This document shows positions 49,731 to 61,372 of a stretch of DNA of 64,000 nucleotides, piece after piece (within the stretch, counting starts at the first letter, position 1; the number at the start of each line of letters is the position of its first letter). The notes beneath the pieces were generated by a model that did not search any database, had not been told where the DNA came from, and saw only the letters and a list, made by a program, of their open reading frames with translations. The position numbers and the translations under genes were made by a program. Source of the stretch: Lophium mytilinum (taxonomy: Eukaryota); NCBI GenBank assembly GCA_010093605.1, contig MU004182.1:445502-509501 (forward strand), given 5' to 3'.

Positions 49731-52700
49731 GACGACGGCGATGGTTGCTCGATTCAGAGGCACGGGAAGAGGCGGTAGTAGAGGTAGTGGCAGGTGGTGC
49801 GGTGGGGTTGTGGGGTGTGTCACAGGTTCTTTATTACGGCGTGAGGCACCAGGCGTGGGCGCGGCAGGGGGCTTGGCATCAGATTCAGCCCTTGCTGAGA
49901 GCAGACAGTGCACCACCACCACTACCCAGCCCGATACGAGTCGGGATCGCGATTCCCATGGACCAGGTGCTGCCATCAGAGCCGCCAATGTGCGGCCAGC
50001 AAAGAAGCCCGCCGCGACGCCCGCGAACCAGCCCCTGAGACAACACCAGCCTAAAGGAGTATCCCTAGCCTAATCGTAGCCACCGGCCTGTCAAGCTTTC
50101 TGGGGCGTCGGGAGGCGGGAACGTTACTAACGGGCCATCCCGTCCGCGAGACGGCTCCTCGATGGCGCCATCGGCCCTGCTGCATGCGCTACGGAACTGG
50201 CTAGCAACGTTGTCTGCCGGTCTCGCCGCTCGCGTGTAGCAGAATCGTAGAAATGGGACGCCAGCCCGGTTCTCTCCAGCTCGGCATGCCGCGCGAGGAT
50301 GGATTCGAGGCAGCAGTGGTGACGACCTGCCCTGTGCGACCATGGTGCCGTCTTCTGCAACAACAGCTGCATGGCACGTCCAGCGTACCGCGCATCCGCC
50401 TACGAATCAGGCCAAGTTCTCCTATGCACGTCAACCGAGCTGCACGATACGGGCTAGGATGTCCGATAAGTGCCATGGGTGGGGCGGTTCTCTTCCGCCC
50501 GAGGGAAACCTCCCCATAAAACACGAAATCTTCGCTTATAGTGCCGTACAAACGTCTCGAAAAGCATCAATTAGCTCGCTTTGTCTTACAGCCTGAGTTA
50601 TCTCTTGGCCTCTGTTCGAAACCGGCAATTGCATTCGGCCCAAGAAAGTTGCACAGCTTTTCATCGCTCCAGACATCGGTTCAACACGAGCATGATACAG
50701 AGTCTGAACGTAAGTGGTTCAGCATTGTCGTCTCTTAGCCACAACCATCACCACGAAAGATTGAAAAACACATGTATTCTTTCTGCGCGGTTTCTCCCGG
50801 CATGGCGGAACTTGGCCGCTGCGAACTGCACTCGCAGTGCCGATCCCGTTTCAGACCCAATGGCATTCTGGGAGTGACGCAGAATCCCACACGAATCCCA
50901 CGCGAAATTGTTCTCAGGCTCGGGCCGAACGCCGACCGTTTCAATCCTTCCCGCCAACGGCCGGCAGTGGCGTGCAGGTGGCAAGTCGGCCATGCCATTT
51001 CTGACTTCCGGTGAACCCGCGCCAAACTCTAGCTACACAGCACCTAGCTACATCTAGCATCTATCATTGAAAGCCGACTGTCCGCTAGACAGTCGTCGAT
51101 ACTAAGTATCCGCGGATCGAGGTCTACATTCCTGAGAACGAGAGCGCGGGACAAGGATTCGACTACTATCAACATTACTCCCTCGGCAAAGAAGCTTTAA
51201 AAATGAAGTACCACGTGGCACGCCCCTGTATTGGCTAAGCTAAATATGTATAGCTCTCAAAATTCGTACGAGTCCACCGTACGACACGCAGCACTTTGCA
51301 TGCTTCAAAACCGAAGATCCAACCCTCTATGAACCTCTCCCACATGGCAACACTCCGCCATGACGTAGGCGGCGCACGCAGGTGTCTTGCAAAACCCCGG
51401 GATCACGCTATATTAGAACGTTTTAACCAAAGGCGTACGTCCCAATGTCTCACATTCGCATCATAGCTAATCTATATGTGCTGTCTTATCAGCTCTAGAT
51501 GTAAGGTCCCCGAACTCGGGTCTTGCGCTGTACGTAATAATGGGAGATTTTATTATTTTCCAAAACTGGGTCCCATACCTACTCACTTACCTAACGGCCA
51601 AGGAATACACGACAGCGACTGGTGTTCCATCCTCTCTCAACGTGGAAATGGTCATGATATCAGCCATCTCGAAGAGTTGCTAGCTTTTTAGCCGATGTGC
51701 AGATACTTCACAGCTTCTTTCGTTTTCACCGTCCTCATTACTCACATATGGTGTAAGCCTCATTCGCACACACTGCCTTCTTAGGAATAGCCATGATAGG
51801 ATGCCACTAGATCCATCCTTTAGAGCTGGATGCACGCTTCGGACGCTGACGTATCAATTCTAGGAAGACGCGACTTGCGGAGCGTCGAGTCGAAAACAGT
51901 CGACACCAATTCGGCTCTAAGCTTCTGCTCTGGTCATCTCGAATCTTGCCTCTGGCTTAGAGATCAATGGCCGGCAATAAAAGCGCAAGGAAGAGTTGTT
52001 GGTTATCGAGAGCACGAGCCGGCAAGAACACGAGGTTGATGCGTGGCTAGATGGCGCTAGAGGAGCCATTCCCATACTCTCGGGTATCCAAAGCTCCACT
52101 TAATCACGTCTAGTGTTCCAGTACGAAGTACCCTGTGGACTTTCACATGCTTCAAAAAATATGTCGCCATCTGCCTTGCTCCCAGATTTCAGTCCCGGCT
52201 TCAAAAGCGTATCTGACTTTATGGAAGACTAAACATAGTCCTGGGCCTCCTTAACCTACGTACCTCACCGAGTTTTCGAACGTTTAAGCGACATCATACA
52301 ACCCAAGTGTACCCTCCACTGTTTCGTACTCGCATTCCCCCTAGCTACTCTCTCCAAGACCCATTCGTCCGCCTACCTAGATAACGCGGCCAAGATGCAC
52401 CTGCACAAATCAGCTCACTTTCCCTCCGCCACTTCTCTCAAAATCTATCACCAAGCCGACTCCCCTCTAGCTTACAGCCTAAGCTTAAGCGAAATGATCT
52501 GGAATAGGAATGTGCTTACACGCGCCCATGGCTATCTCAAACTCCGATCCGCCAACTCAGATCTCCCATATTCCACAGTACACCAAGGCATACCCTCGAC
52601 GGAAAGAACGGACACGCAGAGCAGCCGTATTACGCCCGTGGGATTACGGCCGTCATGAGCTTACGTGATAACCCTTTTTTCCAATCAACTGAGGATGGTT

Positions 52701-53185
52701 GGGACCAATCCTTGTACTCCGTAAACGAGATCACATGCGTAGCAAGAGCCCAGACTCGAGGAAGAGCGTGCTGACTCACACAGAGCTGAGAATAAGCACC
52801 AACTACGCATGCCTGCTCAACTCGTCTTATATGCTCTCTGCATCGTGAATAGGCGAGCCGTAGGATATCCCGTTCACACGTGCGAAAGTGTCGGATACGA
52901 GAATTGCGGTGACGGGGGCGTGCCGAGTACGAGCAAACACGCATCAGCTAATCTAAGAAGGCTTGCCAAAGCATCGTCAAGAGTAATCCTAAAACACGAC
53001 CATTAAAACGGCGCGAAGTTAAGCCGTGGTTTCACGTTACCTAGGATGTCTCTGAAGAGGGCCTGACATGCTATAAACACATTGGTAGTACTAGTAGGAG
53101 AATCTATATATTTACAATAAATACAACACGATGCGGAAGAGAGGTGAGTCTAGTGGCGCCGGGAAGCAGTCTCATCTGCGTTATG

Positions 53186-55351
53186 TCAAGTAATCCAATT
53201 ATCACAATTGACATCATCGAGAAAAAGATCCCAGTCCATCCAAGGCGAAGGGTCAGTGAAGTGACCCAGACTGTCCAAGGCAGCGACAAGATCTTTGTCC
53301 TCGAAGGGCCCAGGATATAAGTTCTGGTCGACGTGTGGAAGTTCGCCGGGTTGCAAGACCTCACCCATTGACCCCTCGGGCTTTATCGGAAAGTCTGACG
53401 GGAAATCTGACACCGCACTCGTCTGGACGGACGTATTCTCTAAGGCATAACTCGTGGGAATTTCGGCAGTCTTGTATCGATTATGAAGAACCATTCGAGT
53501 CTTCTTCATCAGCTTCACAATCGGCCTCCACAGCATGCCTGTGTACGCATCGGCTATTTGCTGGGAGTATTGCTCGAACGCGCTCTCCGCGGCAGTCCAA
53601 GCTCGACCAACACTTGGGTGGTCCGGCTGGGTGCATATCTCCGCCAGGACAACGGCAAGAGCGTACCATGGCACCCAGATAAACCAGGCCCAAGGAAACA
53701 ACGCCGGGGATCGATTTGTGAAAAGCGAGCGCTCGACGACTCCAGTTGCCGCAATCAAAACATCAAAGTCATCATCCGGCGGGGGTCTTGAGTCTTGCGG
53801 AGCGCGATGCATTGGTCGATAGAGCAGCACTCTCATCGACGCAGCAACATGCGATGCGGTCATTGTGGCGTTGATATGGAGGGGATCAGATTCGCCGCAA
53901 TATCTGACGACGCGCTCTTGCATCTCCCTTTCGAATTGCGTGAGAACATCAAGTCGGTCTTGCCAGGTTTGGAGGCTATCGCGCGATTGACTCCCACGGC
54001 TCGTGAAATCGTATCCGAGTCGGCGGTAGTTGACCATGGCTAGATGCGTTACTAGAGAGGGCGACATGTCTGTGAAACCGCCGGATGTCGTTGATAAACC
54101 TGCCAATTCGGCGTCGTTGACGTAGGCAGGCGGTCTGTCGAATTCCTCGGGGCGGAGCAACGGTACAGAGCCTCGATCTAGAGAGGTTTGTATGTCTAAA
54201 AGGCCAATACAATACCACAGTCTGCGCTTCGATTCCTTCTCCAAGGGCGACGAACGCGGGTCTTCGACAGAAGGAATCCCTTGGCCATTTGCGAGACGAA
54301 TTGCTAGAGCTACAAGAGCCCAAGTAGTGGACCGATTGGTACGAGTACGAAGCGCTACCTATACGATGGCTTGTAATTAGCGATTGCGACATGTTGTAGC
54401 TCAGGCGAGCAAGATGGAAAGGCGCTAGAATGTCGGAAAGGGTATTCGCCTTACGAGGTATATCACAAAAGCTTGCAAGACAACGTGGTCTCTGCTCGTG
54501 ATAAGGTCAACACGTGAGAAAGCAGCCTCAGCAGCCGTCTGAAAGTGTTTATTCAGCGATTCTTTTCCTTGGCGTAGTATTTGCATCGACTCCGCTTCAG
54601 ACAAGGTGCACAAGGCGGCGAAATAGATGGCATATTCCAAAGCCTCGACGCTCAGAGACACTGGCCGTGATGGGTCTGAGTACTTCTCGGTCACTGCAGC
54701 ACACATTGTTGGCCAGTGGCCGACCTTGAATATCATATCAACTCGAAACTTGAATATGGCGAGCAATTTGTCTCTCAAATCTTGAGGAGGTGGCTGCAAG
54801 TCCCGGTTGGGTGTACCTTCCGACAGGCTCGTAAAGAAAACTGCGTTCGCGTGAAAACTGTGGCCGGGTGACGGTTCGCTGGTGGTGTTTTGGCTTTCCG
54901 GGGACTCGCCTTCGTCGTCGGACGGCTCTTCCAAAACATCGCGTAGTCCCGTGACCTGCAGATGAGTTGATCAGCTCGGCTAGCTCTCATGACAATGGAG
55001 TTATGTCAATACCTCTGCAGCAAGGCCTGCCCAGAAGTCCGGCGCGACAAACCTCTTCGCATTGACAGCTATAGTTGGATCTTCAAGGGTATTTCTCGAG
55101 GAGGTTAGAACCTCAGAACCAGACTCTTGCTTTGGGGACGATGCGGTTGCTTCTAGCTGTCGCACCATGTCCTCCAATCGCAGGATTCTGTTATTGAGAG
55201 CATCTTTCCGTGGTCGACGCTTGCGCTTGTGCTGAACAGCGGTGCATTCGAGTTTTGTCTTTTGGCACGGACCACAAGGCAACGTCTTATCGCACTTGAC
55301 CTTGCGTTGTCGGCATTGTTCGCAGCTCAGCTTCGTTGTAGGGGGAGCCAT
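53186..55351 (-). CDS. Second Zn(II)2Cys6 fungal transcription factor (3 exons)
   Basis: SCEQCRQRKVKCDKTLPCGPCQKTKLEC, VLQAFVIYL, RRLWYCIGLLD and WAWFIWVPWYALAVVLAE. Confidence 0.9.
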
Positions 55352-56668
55352 CACACGTGAGATAGGTATAGAGGATCTACCTTTCGGGAGAAGATAAGAT
55401 GAAGATGAAGGTGTCGAAGCGGTCAAATTCGTGGTGACGTTGACATAAGCCCAGTGCACTAGGGGCTAGATCGGTGCCTATAATTAGCGGAAAACTTTAA
55501 ATGACCCTGCCGTCTCAGATAAGACTAGTTCTCGATATTGATCTCTTGTTTGGATGAGGCAGGCATTTGCAGTGGGATGTTCTGATTGTGCTGTTGCGAT
55601 TTAATCCGAAGACGGAGAGTAAGAGCCTTTAAGAAGATCACATTCATTGAAACATCAGCGGCCAAGGCAAGAAGCGATGATTCGTTGCGCCCTACGGAGT
55701 ACTAGAGAAGTGCAATAGTGTTCTGGTCCGGTCCTGGAGTTCTGTGTTAATAACCAGGCCATTGCTCAGCAGCCAAGGTGATGACTCAGTGAGCGGGCCT
55801 AGCCCTACGGTGCCTGACGAGAGGATCAGTCCACTTTCTAGGGCACGCGAGTCCAGGTCTAGTCACGAAATTCTCACCATTAGACTCTGTCTCTTTTTAG
55901 ACTATGCGAGCTCCTCTATAATAGTGGTAGCCTTGCATTTAAACTCCACAGTGCCATGCACAGGCACAGATGTAGTACCTTGATCATCTAAAGGGGAATA
56001 GTATAGGCCGAATCAGGTAAGAGGCGCTTCTGACTACAAATCTACCTGCCCACAATCCTCTATACTACACCAGCTTCGACAAGACCTTTATCACAACCAA
56101 GGCATCGTTAGAAGCAGTTCTAATCACTAATCCAGCATACTTGAACATCAAGAACGGACAATTACTGGAATACGAGCATCCAACCAATCAGAAGCCGAAG
56201 ATTGCGGACTTCCGAGAGGGGAAAACCTCCCGAACTCGGAACCTCAACACTGTACTATTCGGCCTTTCGTTGTGATAGAATACATTCTACGAAATCAAGG
56301 GCCATGAGCTCCAGTGTCTGGTTTAAAAAGTTGAGCATCAGTGAAAGCCAAGAGAAGGTCGCCGGGTAGTCGAGTACAAGCCATCAATGAACGCCAGCTT
56401 CTCGGCAACTATAGCTAGGATCCCTGCTCTAGTAGAACAGACTGGGTTTTTGAGGTACGCAGCTCTTCTCAAAAGAGATGATCGTGATGATCTTGAAAAA
56501 CTAGTGGGGACAGGGACAGGGAGATATTATTCATGTCGGTTCATTGGCTACAACTAGCTACCATACCCTTAACTCGTGTATGCAGGTTATAAGAATGCAA
56601 TATATCTCCAAAACAATAGAAAGCCGCGACAGAAAACAACATCCACGGCTCTCCCAATTGTAGTGTGC

Positions 56669-58387
56669 CTACTGGTCAAATACGGCGCCCTCCCAACCTT
56701 CTGACTCTGCTGTATTCAGCTCATCCCACTCAGACAAAATATTCGATTCGGCGGTCTTGTCGTTAGAAGAGTTTTGAGTATCAGCTGAAGGTAGCTCGAC
56801 CGGGTCCCACTCCGAAGAAACAGACTTGGGAGACTCATTGCTGTCCTCAATGATGTTCGGGCATGGAGCTGAAGCCGCGTCGGCAAGTGCTACTTCGAGT
56901 TCGACCTCCCGTTTCAGAGCTTCATTTTTATTTTCATTTCCATGAAGCAGTGCCAATTCTGCATCGGTCCACGTGGCATGATCTTCAGTCGTCTTTGCTT
57001 CAGGGAAATCGTGTAGGGACTCGGCCATATCCTCAACAGTCGATAAATCCCCCTCAGGGCCTTCGGTGTCTCCAACAGCCTGTTCAATCACCACCTTGAT
57101 AGCGGCGAGAATGGGGTCAACTTTCGACGGGTTGTTATGGATCAGGGCCTGCTCAAGCAAGGCCTGAGAGATGAAGCGCAGTGCAGTGCGAACATCATTG
57201 GTATTCACAACTTCCTCGTGATACTTCCTTAGATGATCTGACTCGGCCTTGAAAATCATCTCCGAGAATTTCTTCTTGATCTGCACCAAGACGTAGTCAT
57301 GATGCTCCCGGTCGGCCGTGCAAACGTCAAACAGAGAGCGGATCTTAGGAGCCTGGTCGGAAATCCAACTGCTAACATTTTCGGTGGTCGTATTGCCATC
57401 CAGGAAAGCAGCGTTTTGTGGAAGCGTGTCAACCAGCCTGTCTGCAGCTGTATGGTGTTCATCAGCTGCCGCAGAGCTGGACTCCGAGCCCTCTATCATC
57501 TCATCTTTCTTGGGATTCAAATTCTCGGACTCATACTTGGAAGATCCAGGTTTTGGGATCTGCGCTTTTTCTTCGCCCTCGTCATCGCTTTCCTCGGCAA
57601 TCCGGGTCATCACTTTCGTAATGATGGCCTCAAGCTCGTCTGCTTGCACCAGCGTTTGCTGCCTTTTTGCCAGACCCTCGACAAGCGTTACAATTCTCCC
57701 TAGAAGATTCGTTTGCACATTCTCATCTTCAGCTCCCTCGATTCTAGCCTTGACCAACTCTAAAATCTGCGCTTTAGTGCTCTCCCTATCCTTCTCCAAT
57801 TCATCGACTCGCATGTCCGTAGCTTTCTTTGCGGCGTTGAGTTCTCCGATCTGAGTGATCAGCTCATCTCGAGCTTCTTCAACTTTCCGATCGAGAGACT
57901 CAGTGAAGCGGCGTTCGAGGGCAGCAAGCTTGACGTGGTACACGGCTTGTTTTTCCAGGAGTTGGGTCTCGTAGCCAGCTGTTTCCTTCGCGAGGAACGC
58001 CCGCTCCTCCTTCCGAACCTTCTCAATGTGTTTCATCGCGTACTGGACCGTGGCATATCCGATCAGAGTAATGGCCAGTGCACCTGCAGTGATACTGGCT
58101 ACATTAGACGGCTTGTATTCGATGAGGAACTTAAGAACACCGGTGGGCTTCTTGCACTGGCAGTATACTTGAAGCTCGTTCTTGATCCGGTCGGGTAGGG
58201 CATAGCTATGATCCGCAAGGATTGCTTTTATATGTTGTTGAACCTCTTGGGGGAGGTCGCACGTTGCAGCGGTGTATAGGGAACTGCCGGTAGGAAGGAA
58301 TTTGATGGCAGTGGTGAATGATTTCGGCAGTACACGTTTGTCCTGGCTATTGATAAGAGTCTTTAGGTACTCAAAGCACGACGCCAT
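56669..58387 (-). CDS. Orphan single-TM family member D (longest), with two AIM-like motifs EWDPV and EWDEL
   Basis: 572 aa from MASCFEYLKTLI..AIKFLP..TCDLP..LPDRIKNEL..C. Hydrophobic segment, EKVRKEER, long coiled coil and acidic tail. Confidence 0.8.
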   Translation of the reverse strand: MASCFEYLKTLINSQDKRVLPKSFTTAIKFLPTGSSLYTAATCDLPQEVQQHIKAILADHSYALPDRIKNELQVYCQCKKPTGVLKFLIEYKPSNVASITAGALAITLIGYATVQYAMKHIEKVRKEERAFLAKETAGYETQLLEKQAVYHVKLAALERRFTESLDRKVEEARDELITQIGELNAAKKATDMRVDELEKDRESTKAQILELVKARIEGAEDENVQTNLLGRIVTLVEGLAKRQQTLVQADELEAIITKVMTRIAEESDDEGEEKAQIPKPGSSKYESENLNPKKDEMIEGSESSSAAADEHHTAADRLVDTLPQNAAFLDGNTTTENVSSWISDQAPKIRSLFDVCTADREHHDYVLVQIKKKFSEMIFKAESDHLRKYHEEVVNTNDVRTALRFISQALLEQALIHNNPSKVDPILAAIKVVIEQAVGDTEGPEGDLSTVEDMAESLHDFPEAKTTEDHATWTDAELALLHGNENKNEALKREVELEVALADAASAPCPNIIEDSNESPKSVSSEWDPVELPSADTQNSSNDKTAESNILSEWDELNTAESEGWEGAVFDQ

Positions 58388-58858
58388 CGTAGCGAGGAAT
58401 GTAGTTGGCACAGGCTGTAGTGTTATAGTTGTGTTGATGAGTGGTGGTGGGTTGAATGGGGAGGCGTTTGGCAATAGCTGCTTAAAGAACAGTAGAGGCC
58501 TCTTATATGCATTGCCAAAAGAAAATGAGGGCGCGTACGGTTCTGGATTCACCGTCAGAAGTCTAGCCTACTCCTGAGCTGTTTCTCTAGATAGGACGCG
58601 TAAGTGGAATTTGAAAGTATGAGTAACAATGCACATTCACTACTTCCTGGAGCCAACATCCTGCTAAGCTTTTCTAGGATTTACTGCGGTATCTGCACTC
58701 GTTCAATACAAAGCAAGCCCCCTCCGTCTCCGAGTCCCTTGAACCCTTCTCAAAACTTCACACACCATCAATCCAGCCCACAACATCAACTCAACCCACA
58801 CCATCACATCCTCCAGCACGACGAAACGGATTCCAACTACAAACCTCCACACTGGAAC

Positions 58859-59239
58859 ATGAGCCTCGCTGAGCTTCAACGGCTCCTCCGTCGAGATCCG
58901 ACGATCTGGAACCAGGCATTCACGCTGTTCCTCGACGTTATGGTCTACACTGCTTACTACAAGAGACCCATAATCCCCCAAGAGGAAATCGAAGTCGAGA
59001 TCCTGAACCACGCGCTTGGCTTCCTGAATCCCAACGACATGGAGTACTTCAAGTCTCGCAACTCTTTGAATGATCTCTTGAAAGCTGTGGTGGGATACGC
59101 AGAGGAGGAAGTCATGCGCGAATCGAAGAAGCAAAACTGGCTTTCGCTGATGGGGAAGATGATCGCGGATTACAGTACGCCGTACATCAAGGAGGTATTC
59201 GATGCTCTTGTTGAACAAATACGAGGAGAAAGTGCATGA
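58859..59239 (+). CDS. Small orphan helical protein (126 aa), divergent from member D
   Basis: ATG at 58859 after a CA-rich leader; protein-like composition (MSLAELQRLLRRDPTIWNQ...). No recognisable family. Confidence 0.55.
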   Translation: MSLAELQRLLRRDPTIWNQAFTLFLDVMVYTAYYKRPIIPQEEIEVEILNHALGFLNPNDMEYFKSRNSLNDLLKAVVGYAEEEVMRESKKQNWLSLMGKMIADYSTPYIKEVFDALVEQIRGESA

Positions 59240-61021
59240 ACTACTGCACTTGCGAGTAGAATTGGTACGTGGTCCTGTGGCATGCCTTAGCGTACTTGAA
59301 ACTACACCTTTACATTGATAACCGACAAAGCCTTAGGGGCTGATTGTGGATGCGTCCAAGCTAGAGTAGGACAGCTCTCCGGGCTGTTGGACGGGTATTA
59401 ACGGCATTCGTGGGCAGGAATATGAATTTGTGGGGGACAGTGATCAGCTCTTGTGCTTTTTTGCTCAAATTGAATAATCTACGAGTCTCGGATAGCATTA
59501 TATTCTCTAGTTAGGATAGGGATCAACAAATACACAGTTCCTTTCAAGTAACCCCACACCGCTGTTATACAAGCATTCGTCCCCCATACATCTTAATTTT
59601 CTTATTGCCTTTATAAGGTCACAAGGTTATAACTTTATACAAGATTCCAAGAGATAAATTACGTCAGTATAGTACATGATTAACACAGTTTTGTAGTTAT
59701 ACTTATTAGCACCTTTTGTTGAATGCAGGCCGTAGCGTCTGATATTATGTGGAAGCCGAGCTAATATACAGGAATGGACCCAGGTTTGCTACTGTGATTG
59801 CTAGCTGTGGTGATTGTCATGCTCTAACACGGTGTGTATGAGACTTAAACCCCTATGCGATATCCCTAAAGCCCTAGGCAGCGATAATTCTATGGCCGCG
59901 GGAGCTACTTTTGACCTACCAATAGCAAGATATGCAGCCGGCAATGCACTATCTTACATCAACGAAGAATACAGCTAAAACTTGCCTTATCGTACTGGAA
60001 ATGTAGCCTGGGGCGACAAGAGTTCTGGTATGTCTGGAGAATACCAGATCGCTGCTTACCAGTATGCAGGCCTATACCAAAGAGACCTTTTTCGCATATT
60101 CGCGATTACAAAGCGCATTGTTGGGAGGCTACTCCCACCTGACACTTCGAAGCGTATCATGAATGGAGTACCAGGGAGATAATGGTGCCTAATCTGAATG
60201 CAAAAGGGTGGGCCATCCAGGGCTACCCTTCGCTCACCGAGTTAACCCGTTGATTGAAGCGATGGACGTTAAAGTCAAATACTTCAACCAAGCAGACCGC
60301 CTAAATAAGGCTCACTCAATCAATACGAAGAGGCCCGTTGATTGAGCCGTTAAGGTTCCATTGAAGCTGTTTTAATATCGAGGATTCTAGCTGCTGGATG
60401 CCGGTAACACTGTTATCTATAATGGCGGCGATAGGGTGTAGATTACTTACTACTACGACTAACTATTCCGCTGCCGCGATAACACGCTTAACCTTAGAAG
60501 CACTAAAAAGGATAGTAAAGATGAAGGATCCAAGTAGAATGGGTAAGTGGAAACCTTTACCACGCCTTCCTACTGACCATCAAAGAACAGCAGGCAAGCA
60601 CAAGTTCGCACAACGGTCAATGCCAACACACTCTTTTCCCTTTTCTTATCCATTGAACAACAACAACACAGCATTACGTCTCCCGGTAGATGGTCTTACG
60701 GCGGTCATTGGCACGCGGTGGAACCGATTACGGTCGACATGAAGCCCAACACACTTCACGGTGGATGGTTTTACGGTCGGCATTGGCCCGAGCCTCACAA
60801 AGCCATCAGAAAATCCACCCGTCTTGCTCCATCCGGTCGTCACTGCAGCCTGCCCCTCTCTAAGCTGATCTTGAAGCAGCTCGCTAACTTTCCCCGCCTC
60901 CGCGCCTATTGTCTATGCCTCCTAGGTTTCGCACTCTACCCGAGCCAAACTTATTTCCACTTGCTTCTACCTGTAGGCATCTCGGCTTCCTAGTTGAGGG
61001 GCAGAGAAACTAACTAAATTA

Positions 61022-61372
61022 CAGCGCTTGGGCTTTCGATCTCTGCTGCCTCGTTTGCTTGAGCTGCATTCCCTACCTCATGAACTCGCTCAAGGACGTC
61101 CAGCACAAGTGCGGTCGCTGCGGCATGCTGCTTACTACCTGGCATTGTGGCGGCACCACTAAGGTGCACATCCGCTCTCGACGACGACTGTCGACAGCAC
61201 TCTTGTATACGACAAACCTGACTCTCGGAAAGAAATGCGGTGGATAGATCAGGATTGGATAGGTGGGAGCCAGCAGTGGAGAGCGTATTGTTGGCAGGTG
61301 CCGAGATGGGGATTAGGAGGAAGGCTTCTCAAATTCTTGACAGGACGAAGCATGGGTTGCATTGCATCGATG
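61022..61372 (+). pseudogene. LITAF-like terminal exon plus 3' flank, copy 2 (inverted duplicate of 9662-10008)
   Basis: AWAFDLCCLVCLSCIPYLMNSLKDVQHKCGRCG. The TAA of copy 1 reads CGA here, and the downstream non-coding sequence also aligns. Confidence 0.75.

Noticed and set aside
59846..59880. Telomere-like CCCTA motifs
   Set aside because: Only scattered imperfect copies; no tandem CCCTAA array.
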